DNA of 64,000 nucleotides from Cirrosporium novae-zelandiae (taxonomy: Eukaryota), in contig JAPETS010000037.1 in the NCBI GenBank assembly GCA_026023565.1, forward strand, positions 62,001 to 126,000, in the 5' to 3' direction. Shown one piece after another: positions 36,039 to 49,869 of this stretch (positions are counted from its first letter, which is position 1; the number at the start of each line of letters is the position of its first letter). The position numbers and the translations under genes were made by a program. The notes under the pieces were generated by a model. The model did not search any database, had not been told where the DNA came from, and saw only the letters and a list, made by a program, of their open reading frames with translations.

Positions 36039-37832
36039 ATGGGAGACCCCGCTCACCATGCTGGCACCATTCAACCGGCCCCTACCAATGTCGATGATGC
36101 TGAAGATCCTCTGAATGTCCGCTCTTTATGTACAAATCTTGCTCCATCTTGCTAACCAAGAAAAAACAAAAGGATACCTCAGAGGTCGATTCTACGTTAG
36201 GGGATGAAACATACTCGTATGCCTTGGTCGAATTTCACTTCCACAGAGAACAAATGATGAATGCTAAGGGAATGAACGTCCTTTCAGCCTGACCGACACC
36301 GTAAACTCTCAGAATTACCAGCATCGCTATCTCGTTGATGGCCGTAGGACGCATGGATTCGAAGAGGCGGGTCAGTTATACCAACACGAAGAGAAAAGAC
36401 CAAGATTGATGTGTATCCGAACTAGCATACTTCCTACCTAATGATGAGGTATGATGTTGGGCATCTATGTTTTAAAGGGGGGCTTCTAACGTCTCTTCCA
36501 AAATACTCAGCGCGAGCAAGATCGTTTGAGTAAGCTTCCGGAAGCTTTGATACAGAGAGGATTCTTTTTCTGAACGGAGATGAACAGACCTCCAGCATCT
36601 GATGTGGAGGATATCGCTCGATGACAAGCTCCACGAGGCCCCAATCAAAGAGGATGTCCACAATATTCTTGATATAGCAACTGGCTCCGGAATCTGGGCC
36701 ATTGAAATGGTAAACCGGAAACCAATAGTCCAACCTCCTTATTTTTATAATTTTCTCTTCTTACACCTGATAACAACAGGCCGATAAATATCCTTCCGCA
36801 AAGGTCACCGGGACAGATCTGAGGTACTAGATTTCCAAATCATATACATTTATACCATCACATTGCGCTAATCCTTCTCTCTCGAAAAAAAAAGCCCCAT
36901 CCAACCAAACTTGTAGGTCACCCCAACCAACCCAGGGGTCCAAGAACGAGCTTACTATTTTAGGAGTGTACCGCCAAATTGTTTCTTCATAGTCGAAGAC
37001 AGCGACAACCAAGAATGGATATTCAACGACAAGTTCGACCTCATCCACAGCCGTGCCCTAACCTCCGCCTGGAGTGACTGGCCCCGCTATCTCCGTAACT
37101 GTTACCAGTAACTAAGATAATCACAACCCCTTCTCCCCCCCAACCTCAACATAACCTCCCCAACTCATACTAAGAACCTCTTCTTTTCTCTCACTCAAAA
37201 AAAAAAACAGATTCCTCACCCCCGGCGGCTGGCTTGAACTCCACGATGCTATCACCCACCTCGGATGCGCTAACGGCCCTTCCCCCAACCTTGGTTCCGA
37301 ATGGGGAAAACTCCTCGCCGACGCCTGCGCCCTCAAAGGCGTCGATACCCTGCGACCCGGCCACCTCGAAACCGATCTGGAAGCCGCCGGCTTCATCAAC
37401 ATCACCAAGAAGCATATCCGGTGGCCGATCAACCCGTGGTCGGACGATCCCAAGGAGAAGGAGCTGGGCAGGCTGTTTGAGATTAATGAGGATTTGGAAG
37501 GGATTATGATGGGCGCTTTGACGAGGGGGTTGGGGTGGAGTCGGGAGGAGGTTGAGGTTTGGCTTGTTGGGGCTAGGAAGGGGTGGCATGATCGGAGTTT
37601 GCATAATTATCTTCCTATGTGAGTGTGCGGGCTTTGCTTTTGTTTTTGCCGTCGTTCGAGATGGGTTGAGGGGTGTTGTTTTACTTACTCCCTTGCAAAC
37701 ACTCCCTTTCCCCTCCCCTCATCCCTCCTCAATTTCCAAAACCAACTCAACTAACCATAAAATCAAATATCTATTATAAACAGGTATACCTACTGCGCCC
37801 AAAAACCAGAAAGTCCTGTCTTGCCTAATTAA
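36039..37832 (+). CDS. SAM-dependent methyltransferase (LaeA-like/Methyltransf_23), ~11 exons including micro-exons of ~18-23 nt
   Basis: Spliced YFLPNDE|REQDRL|DLQH, ILDIATGSGIWAIEM, GTDLS|PIQP, FDLIHSR, LTPGGWLE. Confidence 0.85.
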
Positions 37833-38385
37833 TTGATTGATTAATTAATTAACCAGTCAATCCCTTGATGATGATGACGATAGTGATGGATCATTATATT
37901 CTGATAAAAACGACTAGTTTTCCAAAAAGGTATCCCTTCCGATTTCTTCTGATTAAAAAGTTCTAGTTCTTAGAATTGGGATGGAGGGGTTGGATCTATG
38001 CATACCGTACGTACATAGAGACAAGAAGATATACATATACATATATATAAATAAATAGCGTAGAAAGTATTAGATGTGTCTTCATGTATGAGACATGAAA
38101 ACCTTTTTCTCCATAATAAATATTTCCTGGTTACGATTTCTCTTCGTCTCTTCTATTGTTGAGGCTATGTGTTTAGAGATGAATAGACAGTCAAAAAGTT
38201 ATTTAATTATATTGAGGTGGATATTATGAATTCAAAACATTGGGATCGGGATCCTCCTCTCCGGCAATAAATAAGCCAAAAAACAGAGGCCCCTCTCAGA
38301 TCCTATACATATTCAAAAAACGAGTCGGTTGGTTGGTTGGTTGGTGCAATGACCTGTCCTCGATTCCATTGTGCATTTTCCAAAC

Positions 38386-39517
38386 CTAAAGCCCCTTCGT
38401 TATACCCGGGCAAATATCCTCCAGCTTAACAACAAGTTCGCCCCAAACTTTCTTCTGCGCCTTCTGGCCTTCGGGACTGGTGACGAATTCCCCAAGGGCG
38501 TTGCTGTTTAAAAAAAGGAGGGGGAAGTCAGAATCAGGGGTCTAGCTCCATGCGAGTTTGGATCAGGAGGGTACTTACTTTTTGACCAAACAACCACTGA
38601 TGTAAATCCCATGGGATTCGGGTCCCACAGTTGTGCCATGGACGAGTGTTCGGCTGCCCTTTTCTGCTGACCGTGCCAGGAGAGTTTTCAAGACCGTCAT
38701 CACGATGAAGGAGACGCCAGTTGCGCTTCGCGATAGGGATGTGTGGCAGAGGCCGGGGTTGACGGCGTTGATAATAACAAGGGGTTTTTTGTTGGCGGTT
38801 CTGTCGGCGATTTCTCGGACGGCGAAGAGTTGGAGGAGTTTTGAGACTGGGTAGCTACGTGCATTGATCGGTTAGTGTTGTTGATTATATAGATGTGGGG
38901 TGAAGATGCTGGGTGGCTGGAGGGGGTACATGCCGGTCTGTCATGGGCGTTTCTTTGTCGTTGAGGGTGGCTAGCGAGTTGGGTGCCTCGCGCTCCGGGA
39001 AATTGGTGTAGGCATGCACTTCTGAATTGACGATAGTGATGATGGGCATAATGTTCCATTTTGCTGCGAACGTGCGTAATGTTGGTAGTAGAAGCAGTGC
39101 CAGCAGCGTGGTGCTCACGACGTTCACTGTAATGGTACTCTCGTTGTCCTCGAAAAGCTCGAAGTTAGCTGTTGCAATACCAGCATTCAGGACCACGGCG
39201 TCAACGCGGGATAGCTTTGCAACTTTGGCAGCGAATGCTTTGACTGAGGCATAGCTGGAGTAATCAAGCCCCCAGACGTCCACAACCCCGGTGCGTTTTG
39301 TTTCGGCCTCGATCTCGGATTTGGCTGCCTCGCCTTTAGCAATGGAGCGTACTGCGACGATAACTTTCTCGGCATTCAGGCGAACGAAATGCTTGACGGC
39401 CTCTTTCCCAAGGCCAATGTTTGCGCCGGTGACAATGATAGTTTTCCCGGAGAAGTCTGTGTCAGGATATGGAATAACATCCATGAACTGGGTGTGGATA
39501 AGGGTGAATATCGGCAT
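38386..39517 (-). CDS. Short-chain dehydrogenase/reductase, 3 exons
   Basis: TGANIGLG, VLNAGI, spliced RYPVSKLL, VNPGLCHT, ARSAEKGSRTLV; ends WGELVVKLEDICPGITKGL*. Confidence 0.88.
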
Positions 39518-40219
39518 GGTGTTAATGGAAGAAGACGAATTTATGGACTTCAGTTGAGCTGTGGTAGTTGTTATTATAGTAGACAATAAGGTACAATACA
39601 ATGGTGCCGAGACTATGGCGAGGACATTTATCCAAAGTCGTACTTTCAACAGCCTTTATAGTATGAAAAGGCAGCAATGAATTCGTAACAAGCCATGATA
39701 TGAATCCTACTGACGTCATACAGTGTCAAGAATAGCCATCCAACATTGTGGTTCTAACTGGCCTTTGACGTCAAAGTAGAAGATAAGTGTGAAGGGAATA
39801 AATGTAAGTAAGATAGGCTAAATAGACCGTTCTGGATGGGATGTTTCCATCTGAAAACAAATAGTTTTATCAAGCCTTAGTGGTTTACTTAGGCAAAGTC
39901 GGGGGAATATCTGACCGGAAGTGAAAACTTGGGTCGGCGTTTTTAAGCCCGTCATTAAGTCCGACCCGGAGATCGCATACTTGAGAAGGAATTGGGAGCC
40001 AGCAACTGGGACGCAACCCTACCTAGGTAGTCTCTTCTCACTTCTCGCCCTTAGGTCGACTTGACAGAAGAGCCTTGCAGTGTTTTAAGGCATATATATA
40101 TAAAGAAAATCCACTCACAGTATCAAAGTGACAAGCCCTCGGGATTGAACAAGACTAGGAGCTCCCTTTCAATGTTCAATGATTTCCCGGCAGGCGCAGT
40201 ATAGATGTCGTAAATTCAT

Positions 40220-41914
40220 CTAAGGCTCAAGGGCATGTTTGTTTCCTGTCTTAGGATGCGTCTCAGGTAGCAAGTCAGTCCCACAGTTTTTGAAGCATGA
40301 ATGCTCAAGAGCTTCTTTGGCAGAAATTCGTTGTGACTGATCCCACTCTAGCATACGATATAGAAGATTCTCAATGGAATCGTCTGGTGCATCGTGTAAC
40401 ACTTTAACTGCATCCTGATAACGAGATTTTTCCAAGAGTAATGATCGCCAAGGACTTCTCCCTCTAGTAACGAAGAGTTGAAATCCTACAACTCCCAACG
40501 CCCATATATCCACACGGTTTGTATAAACTTCGCCTTTGACTTGCATTTCCGGAGCCAGGTATGGAATAGTTCCAATATAACCAGGAGTTGATTTAACCTC
40601 AGCTTGCTTGATTGCCTGGCCAAAGTCAAAAATCACAATTTGAGGCACAGTATAACTAACGATACCCAGGTTTGCCGGCTTGACATCCCGGTGGATGATA
40701 TTATGCCGATGCAATTCGTTAATTCCTTCCAAGGCTTGTTGGAAGAGACAAAGGGAAGTGTTTCTGGTGAGTGTTTTAGCGACATCAAGCGTTTCCCGAG
40801 CAAGCGGTTTCCAGATCAAATGGACCCTTTCCGGCCGTGGACCTCTGTACCATCGGTTCCCCCGCTCATACACAACGTCAACTAGTTCCGCCAAATAACA
40901 CTACGCTACAATCAGTACATGTTTCGATTGGTCTGTTGAGGAAGGACTTTTATCGTGTCTTACATGTTTAGGCAAATTACGTGCCAGAGCGATTTCCGAT
41001 CCCGTCCCTCGAGTATTCCTTGGATTGCGAATCACTAGTTTTGCTGCAGCTTCGGCACCAGACGCCCTGTGTTTGGCGGCGCTGACAGTACCAAAACTTC
41101 CTTGGCCTACTGTTCCCGTGACGATCCAGTTTCCAATAACATAGTTTGTGTCCGAGGGAGTCGCAGAACAATCTGGCGGTGGGGAAGAAGCGCCGAGAAA
41201 GTCGCGAAGGAAGTTTCGCAACTGCTCCTGGAATCGTTCCTCATCCTCATCAGTTTGAGGCGCACGTTCAAACTCATAAGCCAAATCGCCGAAGGAAATT
41301 CTATTCTTACGCGACAGTACACGACTCCCATCACGGGCTATATCATCGTCACCTACAACAACAGGCCTTCTAGGGTTGTCAACACAAACGAGGAAAGACC
41401 CGTTCCGAAGAAATGCAAATCGCGCATGAACGCCTGCAAGCTTCCACTGTGGGTGTCTCGTTTTGGCAAGAAGAAGGTCGACTCTACCATTCGTCTTGTT
41501 TCCAAACTTGCCCTCCCATCTCCCTCCTCCAAGCTGCCATCCAATAGCTGGCGCTTGTGGCATTGTTTTGAAAGACAGATAATAATAGCCATTCCAAATC
41601 TCTCTTCGGGCCTCCTGCTGAAGGCCGTCTTCGGATTCGGTCTCGGTTAGGTGATCATTGTCAAGGCTGACCTTGGTGTCCTCGATATGTATAAATTGTT
41701 GAGCATGTTTGAAGCGATCAGTGCCTTCAATTATTTCATTTGCGACTTCATGAAAGGCTAAACGAGCCTGCAAATTGGCAGGTCGCAGATATGCGAAGAT
41801 GGAGGATTTATTGCCGTCGAAATAGAGCTTTCTTTCGGTATTATTAAGAGAGTTGTGAGTAGTATAAAAGTCGTCAGGATAAGGAAGCGTAGATCCATCT
41901 GATTTATCTGTCAT
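40220..41914 (-). CDS. Ser/Thr protein kinase with N-terminal FHA-like domain, 2 exons
   Basis: GWQLGGGR...LAGVHARF...ISFGDLAYEF (FHA-like); GQGSFGTV, AAAK, intron ~40963-40901, HRDVKPAN, DFG, GTIPYLAPE, DIWALG all intact. Confidence 0.88.
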
Positions 41915-42341
41915 ATTAGTGAACTACAAAGTATATTCAGAGTTGGGGATAAACATCATGGATGGGACAAAAGACATACCTGGGAAAAAGATTGCTACTA
42001 AACGACGGGCGTTAATTGTGCATATTGCGTGTAAGCTATCCGTACCTTGTCAGATTTCGAAAATTGATCCAACCAAATTGATGCCTAAGGAAGAGAAAGG
42101 TACTTATGGGCGTGTAGCCCTACTCGAGGAGCTGTAGCCTACACGGCACTCTAAGCTTTAAGGCCTCGGGTGTTGAAAGACGGAAAGTTTCATCTCCGAA
42201 CACCGGCGTCTTCTCGCTTCTCAGTCTGATCTCTAGCCGAACTCTCCCTCTTTTCATCACATTCGACTGATCATCAGAACGAACATCCATCACAGGAGTT
42301 ACTTTGCCTTTCATATCACCTATCGTCTTTGATATATATCA

Positions 42342-43059
42342 ATGGCCATAGGTCGTCGATCTATGTCACCATTTCTTTTCCAGTCTCCTTGCCAGGTCCC
42401 TGACCTGGTAGAGCATGCATCTCATTTGGACAAAGCCCTGAAACGCCACATCGAACTTGAGGAACTTTCATATATGTATCGATGCCAAAAATATGGCTGC
42501 AGAGTCACTTGGCCTCGCGGAGATACCCCGGAGGAAATGCGAACAGCCTACGAGGAGAAAATTCAAGCCCAACTACGATGGTGCCGGGAAGATTCGTTGG
42601 AGTCCGAGTCTGATTCTCCAAATGAATCTATGAACTTTGGCTTAGATGCAGGCCATTCACATTCAAGGAAACGACGAGCTGAAGACATGATGAGCCAATC
42701 CCTAGCTGATAAACGACCTGCCAAAAAGCTCAAGCTCCCAGACTTTGGGATAGTTCGGAAAAGAGTCAGACCACAACTTACTCCTCCAACTAGTACACAC
42801 AACAGGTAACAACATGTCGCTATGACGTCTAAACGGCTATCCGAATAAGTTCTAACAAGGGATCTACATTAGCTACAATGTTTCACCCATCCGAGACCGT
42901 CCTAAAAAACCCTGGAACGCCCTTCCTCGAATTCCCAACTCTCGCAGTACTCATCCTATGGTAACAAGGTCTCGAGCAAGGCTCCTAAAGAAGAAGAAAA
43001 AGAATATGAAGAGGTTGAATCCAAATTTGAAAACGACAACGAAAAAACCGCTATCATAG
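42342..43059 (+). CDS. Small basic hypothetical protein (NLS-like RKRR/PAKKLK; C-terminal STHPMVTRSRAR), 2 exons
   Basis: 155-aa ORF, GTAACA donor at 42806, CTAAC branch, TAG acceptor at 42872, open exon 2 to TAG at 43057-43059. Confidence 0.65.
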
Positions 43060-43439
43060 ATAATTCAGGAGAGAAAAAAAATTATTAAGGAACGAGGATA
43101 CTAATACTCAATAACTCCAACATCGCGTTTTCGCGATAGGCCTTACCATTTCCTCATCCCGTTTTGCTAGGGCTATCTCAGTTACCACCAAATCGGTATA
43201 CTAGAAGCATGGAAAGCTGTTGCAAAAAAACAACTGGCTCTCAAGCAATGCTACTGGCTCTGGAATACAGACGTACAGCTGGCAAGGCAACATGCTCTTC
43301 CTGGGTTATGTATTTTGTCGATATCGATCTCCCAATCCATTGAATTTAATAAGTTCTGGGATGCAAGATTGTTATCATCAGGGAATCATGATGGAATGGA
43401 CAAAATATGAATGAATCATCAGAAGAAGGAGAAAGAGGA

Positions 43440-44010
43440 TTAAGAATCCCCCAGGTTAGCCAAACGTGAAACTTTTCCCAAAATCTGGAGGCCGGTTTCC
43501 AGAGCTAAACTTGGCCAGCAGTACTTTATCGGTAAGTAACTCGACTTCTCGGCTTGTGCCCTAGTTTTCTAACTTGCCCTGGAGAAGGGATCCAATGTTA
43601 CGATTGACTAATCCTTTGCTTGATAATGCGTGCAGATTCTACGAACTCCAATACCATCGCTATCTATCACTGTGACGAGCTTAGCGAATAATCCAATAGC
43701 TCGCTGCACTAGATATCCACAAGAGAAATTTGCCACCTGGTTTGGCGTAGTCCAGAAGTAATTCTTTGATACCTATAGGTACTCATTGGTTATTCAGATG
43801 GCCTACTAATTCTTGTTGAACGTTATTAAGAAAGCTGCTCGCATCATGAGTACCATCTGGAGAACAAATGCCTCTGCCAACATGGAATTCTCCATCAATG
43901 CTGAATCAAGATGCCCATAAGGAAAGCTTAAACGCAATACCGTGGATTTTCTCATCGTTCTTAGCTTCATAAGATCTAAGAGAAACTGGCTCTCTAGCCA
44001 ATGTACACTA
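43440..44010 (-). pseudogene. Possible degenerate coding relic of unknown family
   Basis: One frame reads protein-like for ~190 codons (LAREPVSLRSYEAK...IKELLLDYAKPGGKFLLW...) broken by scattered stops; family not recognised. Confidence 0.3.
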
Positions 44011-44566
44011 CTTCTCTGGTCTCAACAATGTTATTATAATGATTCAAGAAGTATCCAAGCATGTATTTCCGTCTTATCATGGGTTGTTTGTTCAGGTGCC
44101 AAGGAATCTTCAGCTAGCATTGTTTTCATCCTGTCGGGTTACCATGTCATTCCAACCTGACAAAGAAGATCACCATACTATGTTCTAGCTCCTTTTGCAT
44201 CGACATTGCTTTGGCAAATGGAAAGGATCTCTTCCTAGAATCGACTATTTGTGCATAGGATACCATGCTAGCGAGTAATCTTGAAAGAAAGTCATAGCAA
44301 TACAACTTTATCAGATTAAATAGCTAGCAATGACAAGAAATACTACTGAAGCCATGATTTTTAGTGTGATATTTGGACATTTCATGTAGAAACTATATAG
44401 ACATTTGATTCCATTGATTCTACCACAGTATGTCGCCTAATCATACGCCCTGTTTGAAGATACTACTATGCTAGGACATGTCCACATCACATCAACTGAT
44501 ATCCTTACCCTCATCTATATTGTTATCTATGTTGTTGAATGTAGGAGAAGCCTTGAGGATCCTCAC

Positions 44567-44567
<1 letters not shown>

Positions 44568-44596
<29 letters not shown>
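44568..44596. repeat. Poly-C tract (~29 nt)
   Basis: Homopolymer run read directly; shorter G/C runs occur near 2842, 10439 and 31194-31243. Confidence 0.9.
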
Positions 44597-44597
<1 letters not shown>

Positions 44598-44670
44598 TTC
44601 CAACACGCCTCATTCCACACAGCCCACCTACAACCCCACCAGAACTAACCACCCACGACCTCTCACGACC

Positions 44671-46135
44671 TCACTCCGCCAACGCTTTCCTCAACGCCGC
44701 AATCGCCATCTCATTATAAAGCCTCCCACCCTCCAAAATCCCATCCAGCTGCATAAAAACATGAGGCACTCCCGGCACGCGAACAATCTCAGCCACAGGG
44801 GCTTCGGCGGCTTCGTTCATTTTCCGGCCGTAGGCTTCGCCCTCGTCGCGGAGGGGATCCATCTCTGCTGTTATTATGAGGGCGGGTGCTAGGTTTGAGA
44901 AATTGGGGGCGAGGATGGGGGAGATTTTGAAATCCTAGAGAGGGAGAGGGGGGGTTATTAGGGGTGTAATAAGCGTGTGTGGTTGTTTGCAATGGGAGGA
45001 ATGAAACTGGAGGAATCTCGAACTTTGTTCGGAGAATCATGCTAAGAGCAAAGACGCAGGGAAAAAAAACAAACAGACAAAGCTCACATTCTCCGACCCC
45101 CTTGGGCGCGGAACCCCCAAATAATGCCTACAAAAATACGCCATCCTCTCCGCCGGCAGCGCAGGTGTAAACTCCATCTCGCGATACGACTCATAAGGAC
45201 AACTCTCGCGGTCGAATTCGCCTTCAGGTGTAAACATGCTATGGAGGTCGCAGACGGGAACCCCCAGCAGCTGGAATCGAAGCGGGATCTGCTGGTCGCG
45301 GCAGAGGTGGGCGATTACGGCGCTGATGCAGCCACCGGCGGAGCAGCCACCGACGGCGACTCGATTGGGGTCGAGGTTTAATTCGGAGGCTTTTGTGGTG
45401 AGGATCTGGTAGTTGGTTTGGGTGAGCTGGGGGGTTGGGTGGGTAAGGGTGGGTAGGGGAAAGGATGGATGGGGTCTTGTTGAGGAGAGATTCCTAAACT
45501 AAATCGTGCTGGGGGAAGGGGGTTGATTATACGGACAGACATATGCGTGCGTATATGTATGTATGTATATACACATTACGTACCCAATTAAAAGCCCTCC
45601 AACAATCATCCACAGGCAAAGGATATTTATACTCAGGCGCAAGCCTATAATCCACATCAAATGCAACAACCTCACCATCCAACTCATGAACAATCCGTTT
45701 ACAGAAATCATGATCCACCATAAGGCCCCCAAAAACCCACCCCCCGCCATGGAAATTTATATATGCACCCCTCTTCTTTTTCATCTCTCCACCACCCACA
45801 TCCACAAGCTTCGGCTCCGGCTCAAAAATCCTAACCACAATCTCACCTCCCTCGACGGGGCATTTTTGCTCGCTGATACGGTATACATCCGGCCCCGTAG
45901 CTCGGCCATAGGAAATGGTATATTTTAGGGGGTTGGCACGGTAGTCTGAGATTGGGACTTCGTGGGTGTGGAGGCGGCCGGCGTTGTGGAGGTTGTAGTG
46001 CGAGACGTAGATGGGGTCGAAGCGGGGGAGGAGGTTGGGGGGAATGCTGTTGTGGAGGGGTTGGTGTATTGTGTAAGGTTTTTGTTGGTTTAGATATTCT
46101 GTTGTGGAGGGGGTTGGTGGTGGAGGGTTCGACAT
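44671..46135 (-). CDS. HSL-family esterase/lipase (Abhydrolase_3), 3 exons
   Basis: INFHGGGW, DYRLAPEYKYP, spliced AVGGCSAGG, TAEMDPLRDEG, PGVPHVF. Confidence 0.9.
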
Positions 46136-47136
46136 GTTCACTGTATGTAGTATTATGTAGATATATGCCAATGCCCTCTTTTTTTTGTAAAGAGATTGTT
46201 ACTTATAACTAATTATCCACCTCTTCTCCTTCCCTCTCCCTACCCTTACTTTCTTTCCATAATAAAATAATAAATGGCATGACTGGCCCGTTCTCGGACG
46301 TTGTAACGTGGGATAAGGTAACGGAGATACTGTCAGGTACCGTGTAATCTATCGGCATTTAGCCTATCTCCCTCTTACAACAACATATGATTATAAACAA
46401 AAAATATATTATTCCTTATCTAGAAGTTCATTAATTCAAAGCCCATCACCTGTTAATTATATTATTATTGTTATAACATGACCTTTTCAAGTCGGTTCAG
46501 GGTACTCGGGATGTGAGTGAGTGGCTTTGCGAACTGGTGGGCGCTTGATGTGTGATGTAATGCTATCCCCCCCCTCTAGCTCGCTATGCATCGCACCGTC
46601 GTTCACTTTCTCAGTGGAGGAAGGTGTACTCTAGTAGTACATTCATCCACAGCTGCATAGGACGCATGGGATTCCTTGTTTAGTGAGGCCTTTGCTATAC
46701 TGTCAAACTGTGCCGATTTCTAGGATGACGGTATTGTTTATTATATTGATATAATTAACCTACTTGTTCCATCTATATCACTGTCAGGGAAGACATTCTG
46801 TCTGCCTGCTCTTATGCGCACATATACATGTGATATCTCTCAGCATAGCTCAAGTGGAAAATGTCCGTTATACTCGGTAATTACTCGTGAAAATGCGTCT
46901 AGGCTATCCGTTTCTAGATCCTTTTCTTCGATATCATGTCAGCCTATAGAAGTTAGTAAGAATAGATTATGAACTTCTTTTCCTTGAGTGTTTTGATTTC
47001 CCTCTGTTTTCTGGAATTATATTTTCTCATTGGCGTACTCCTTGCGCAAAGCTCTGTATTTGGGTGTAAATATCTGATTGAAATATGAAAGCGCTGGTCT
47101 CTAGACGATTTCCAAGGCGCAACATAGTGCAGAAAA

Positions 47137-49869
47137 TTACGGCACTCCAATCCCTGAGAGATCTTTGAGAAAGTCAAGGTTGCTCTCCATAATAAACGGC
47201 CCCATTTCCATCTCACCAAGATCCCAATTCTGACATTCAGAGAGAAAAGATTGGCTGTCTTGATGGGAACTTGCTTCTGACCCAGCGGAATTTAGGGCCA
47301 GCTGTCCTCTAGTCCTGTTATTAAAATTATTAGTCTCTGGTGATTGGTTTGGTAGCAATCCTTTATCCAACAGCTTCTTAAGGTAACGGCGACATCTATC
47401 AACCATGTGGTTGCCGACATCTAGCTTTTGTAGAGCATTGATGGCCATATCCAAACTTTTCCTCATTTCATCGAATGTGGCAGGCTGTTTCATGTGAATG
47501 TTGGAATCCTCAGAGCAGATAAGCCAGATTGCGAAGATTGCAAGAGCAGAGTTGAAGGCTATATTTTTCTTAGCATAGAGCCCTAGAACATTCACACGAG
47601 CCATTGCGAGAAGGGAGGAGAGTGGATAACCTACTGTAATAAAGTGAGTACCACCAAGCTCCGAGAGCAGCTTTCCGCTCACCGAGATCATGAATAATAG
47701 TGATGATCTCCATGGCCGAATCGAGACTCAGTTGTACACTACTCCACCCCATTTGCTTATAAAATGCCCACTGGCTATCACTTGGTTCGGCTCTGCCACA
47801 GTTATTTAGTAATCTCATAAGGATAGGACGGTGAAGAAGATTTCGTAAGTTAAGGTATCGAAGAGTAAGTATCGTTCTGAGTCGACTGGAAGTAGAAGTA
47901 TCTCCAATTATCCCAACGAGCCTAGTGTTGGCTCTTAATTTCAACTCAACTGGAAGAGCAAGTAGCCACTCTGCAAGATCCTGCTCCAACTCTACTATAT
48001 GACACATCATTTCAGAAATCTTCTCGGTTGTACCACATCCAATGTTTTGACCATATAGTATATCAATTGTTTTCCACATGATTTTATATAACATTCTAAA
48101 AGTAGTCAGTAATTTTGTTCATACAGCGGGCTTTGTTTGATAAGGATTACATGGTCGCATTGAAGAAGGATATGCTTAATGATGCATCATGTATTGATAT
48201 AAATCGAGCTGTTAGACCATCAATCTGCCTTGGCAAATCCAGCTGTAAGTAGCTATCTGGGATGCTTGCCGGCCTGCCGAAAGTCATACTGAGAGTTCTA
48301 AGGACATGGATGAGAAAATGAACGATTGATCTAGTCCGGCAGGTATTAATAACTAACCTATCCATCAATACACAGGCATACCATGTCCTCTTACGCTCTT
48401 CTCGCTCGATTGTCGTGAATCGTTTTGAGACCTCCTCCGACTGTAGACCTAGCTGAAAAGCAGATTTCACCGCTTGCCCATGTACTGCATAGGTTTGCAC
48501 GGACCTCTGAGACCCTTGAAGATACTGCACCATTAAAAGAAGATACTGGACTTTATACGCCATTTGTGTTAGCAACAATATGACATTGATCTGACGAATT
48601 TCTCGTTGTAAAGATTCAACGTACCCATCTCAAGACTTGTTCCTTGCATATCTCGCTGTTTTGATAAACCAGCAGCCCTCCGATAGAATATGTCAGACGA
48701 AGTAGTCCTTTCGTTCACCGTTAGCCTGTCATCAACTCGAGAGCCCATGGCATTAGCCATAATCATATTAAACAACGCCAACCAAGACATTCGCATAGCC
48801 TTGAAATTCTCCCGCTTCATCTGTCTATACGTTTTATAAAATGATTCGGCATGGATATAAGGAAACAAAAACCCAGTATTGGAAAAATACTGTTCCGCAA
48901 GATCTAACGCTTCAGATTCCGCAGGCAAACTATACAGATTGAGACGAGGTGTTCTGCCTTGAACTTGAGAGGCACTTATTGTTCGAGATGTACTCATTAT
49001 GGCGGTATTAATTTCCGGGCTGACCTCAGAGCTTGAGAAAGTTGGATCGCGGGTCGCTACTATAGCATTTGATATATGACCCATTAAGGCAATGTTGGAA
49101 GAGGGACCTAAACGAATGAGAAAGTGGGTCGAGATCAATTAGTTAGCCACCTGAACACATACCAAAGAATCCTGAGTCTTGCTCATCTGCAAAAGCAATA
49201 ACGCCCATACCATCAACTGAGCTTTCAACGTGCCCTTCTTCATCTTGAGCCTCTTCGATGGCCAGTTCGCAAGAACCATCCAGTATATCGGAGTCATTGA
49301 AGCTAGCTGCACTAATGGCCCCATTCGAGAAATGTCGATTAGTTATACTTGATTCGGGTGTATGCGTTGATGCGCCCCCTTGACGCCTGGCTGTCCCACT
49401 TTCGAATCTACGCAATCGATCTTCCATGGCACGTAATCTCCGTTCCAGATTCAATACGCTTCTTCAAAGTCATTAGAGACATGTCATGATCATACATTCC
49501 GGATGGTCACTCTTACTCCTGGTCTAATCCAGCTCTTGTAGTCGAAGTAGGCACTTTATACACACACTCATACCCTGCGGACGTACACATGGAACAAGCT
49601 GGTTGGGTTCCATCACACTGGCGAAAAGTAAAAATATTAGCCCAGGTATTATACTAATCGGTACGGGTGAGACAATCAGATAAAGATCTCACACGAGACT
49701 TTTTTATTCGACATCGATCGCAGGCCAACGCAACCCGTCGTCGTTTCCTGCCTCGTGGTGAAGCGTCCGCTCTCTCATTATCTGATGCGTAGTTCCCAGT
49801 AGGTTCATTTTGGTACTGAGAATTGGTCTTAAGTAACTCTTGAGAGCTTTGGTTTGGTTGGCGACTCAT
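47137..49869 (-). CDS. Zn(II)2Cys6 transcription factor with fungal-specific TF domain, multi-exon
   Basis: ACDRCRIKKSR|CDGTQPACSMCTSAGYECVY; YFSNTGFLFPYIH; AFQLGL...REERKRTWY...DR|LSMTFGRP. Confidence 0.92.
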
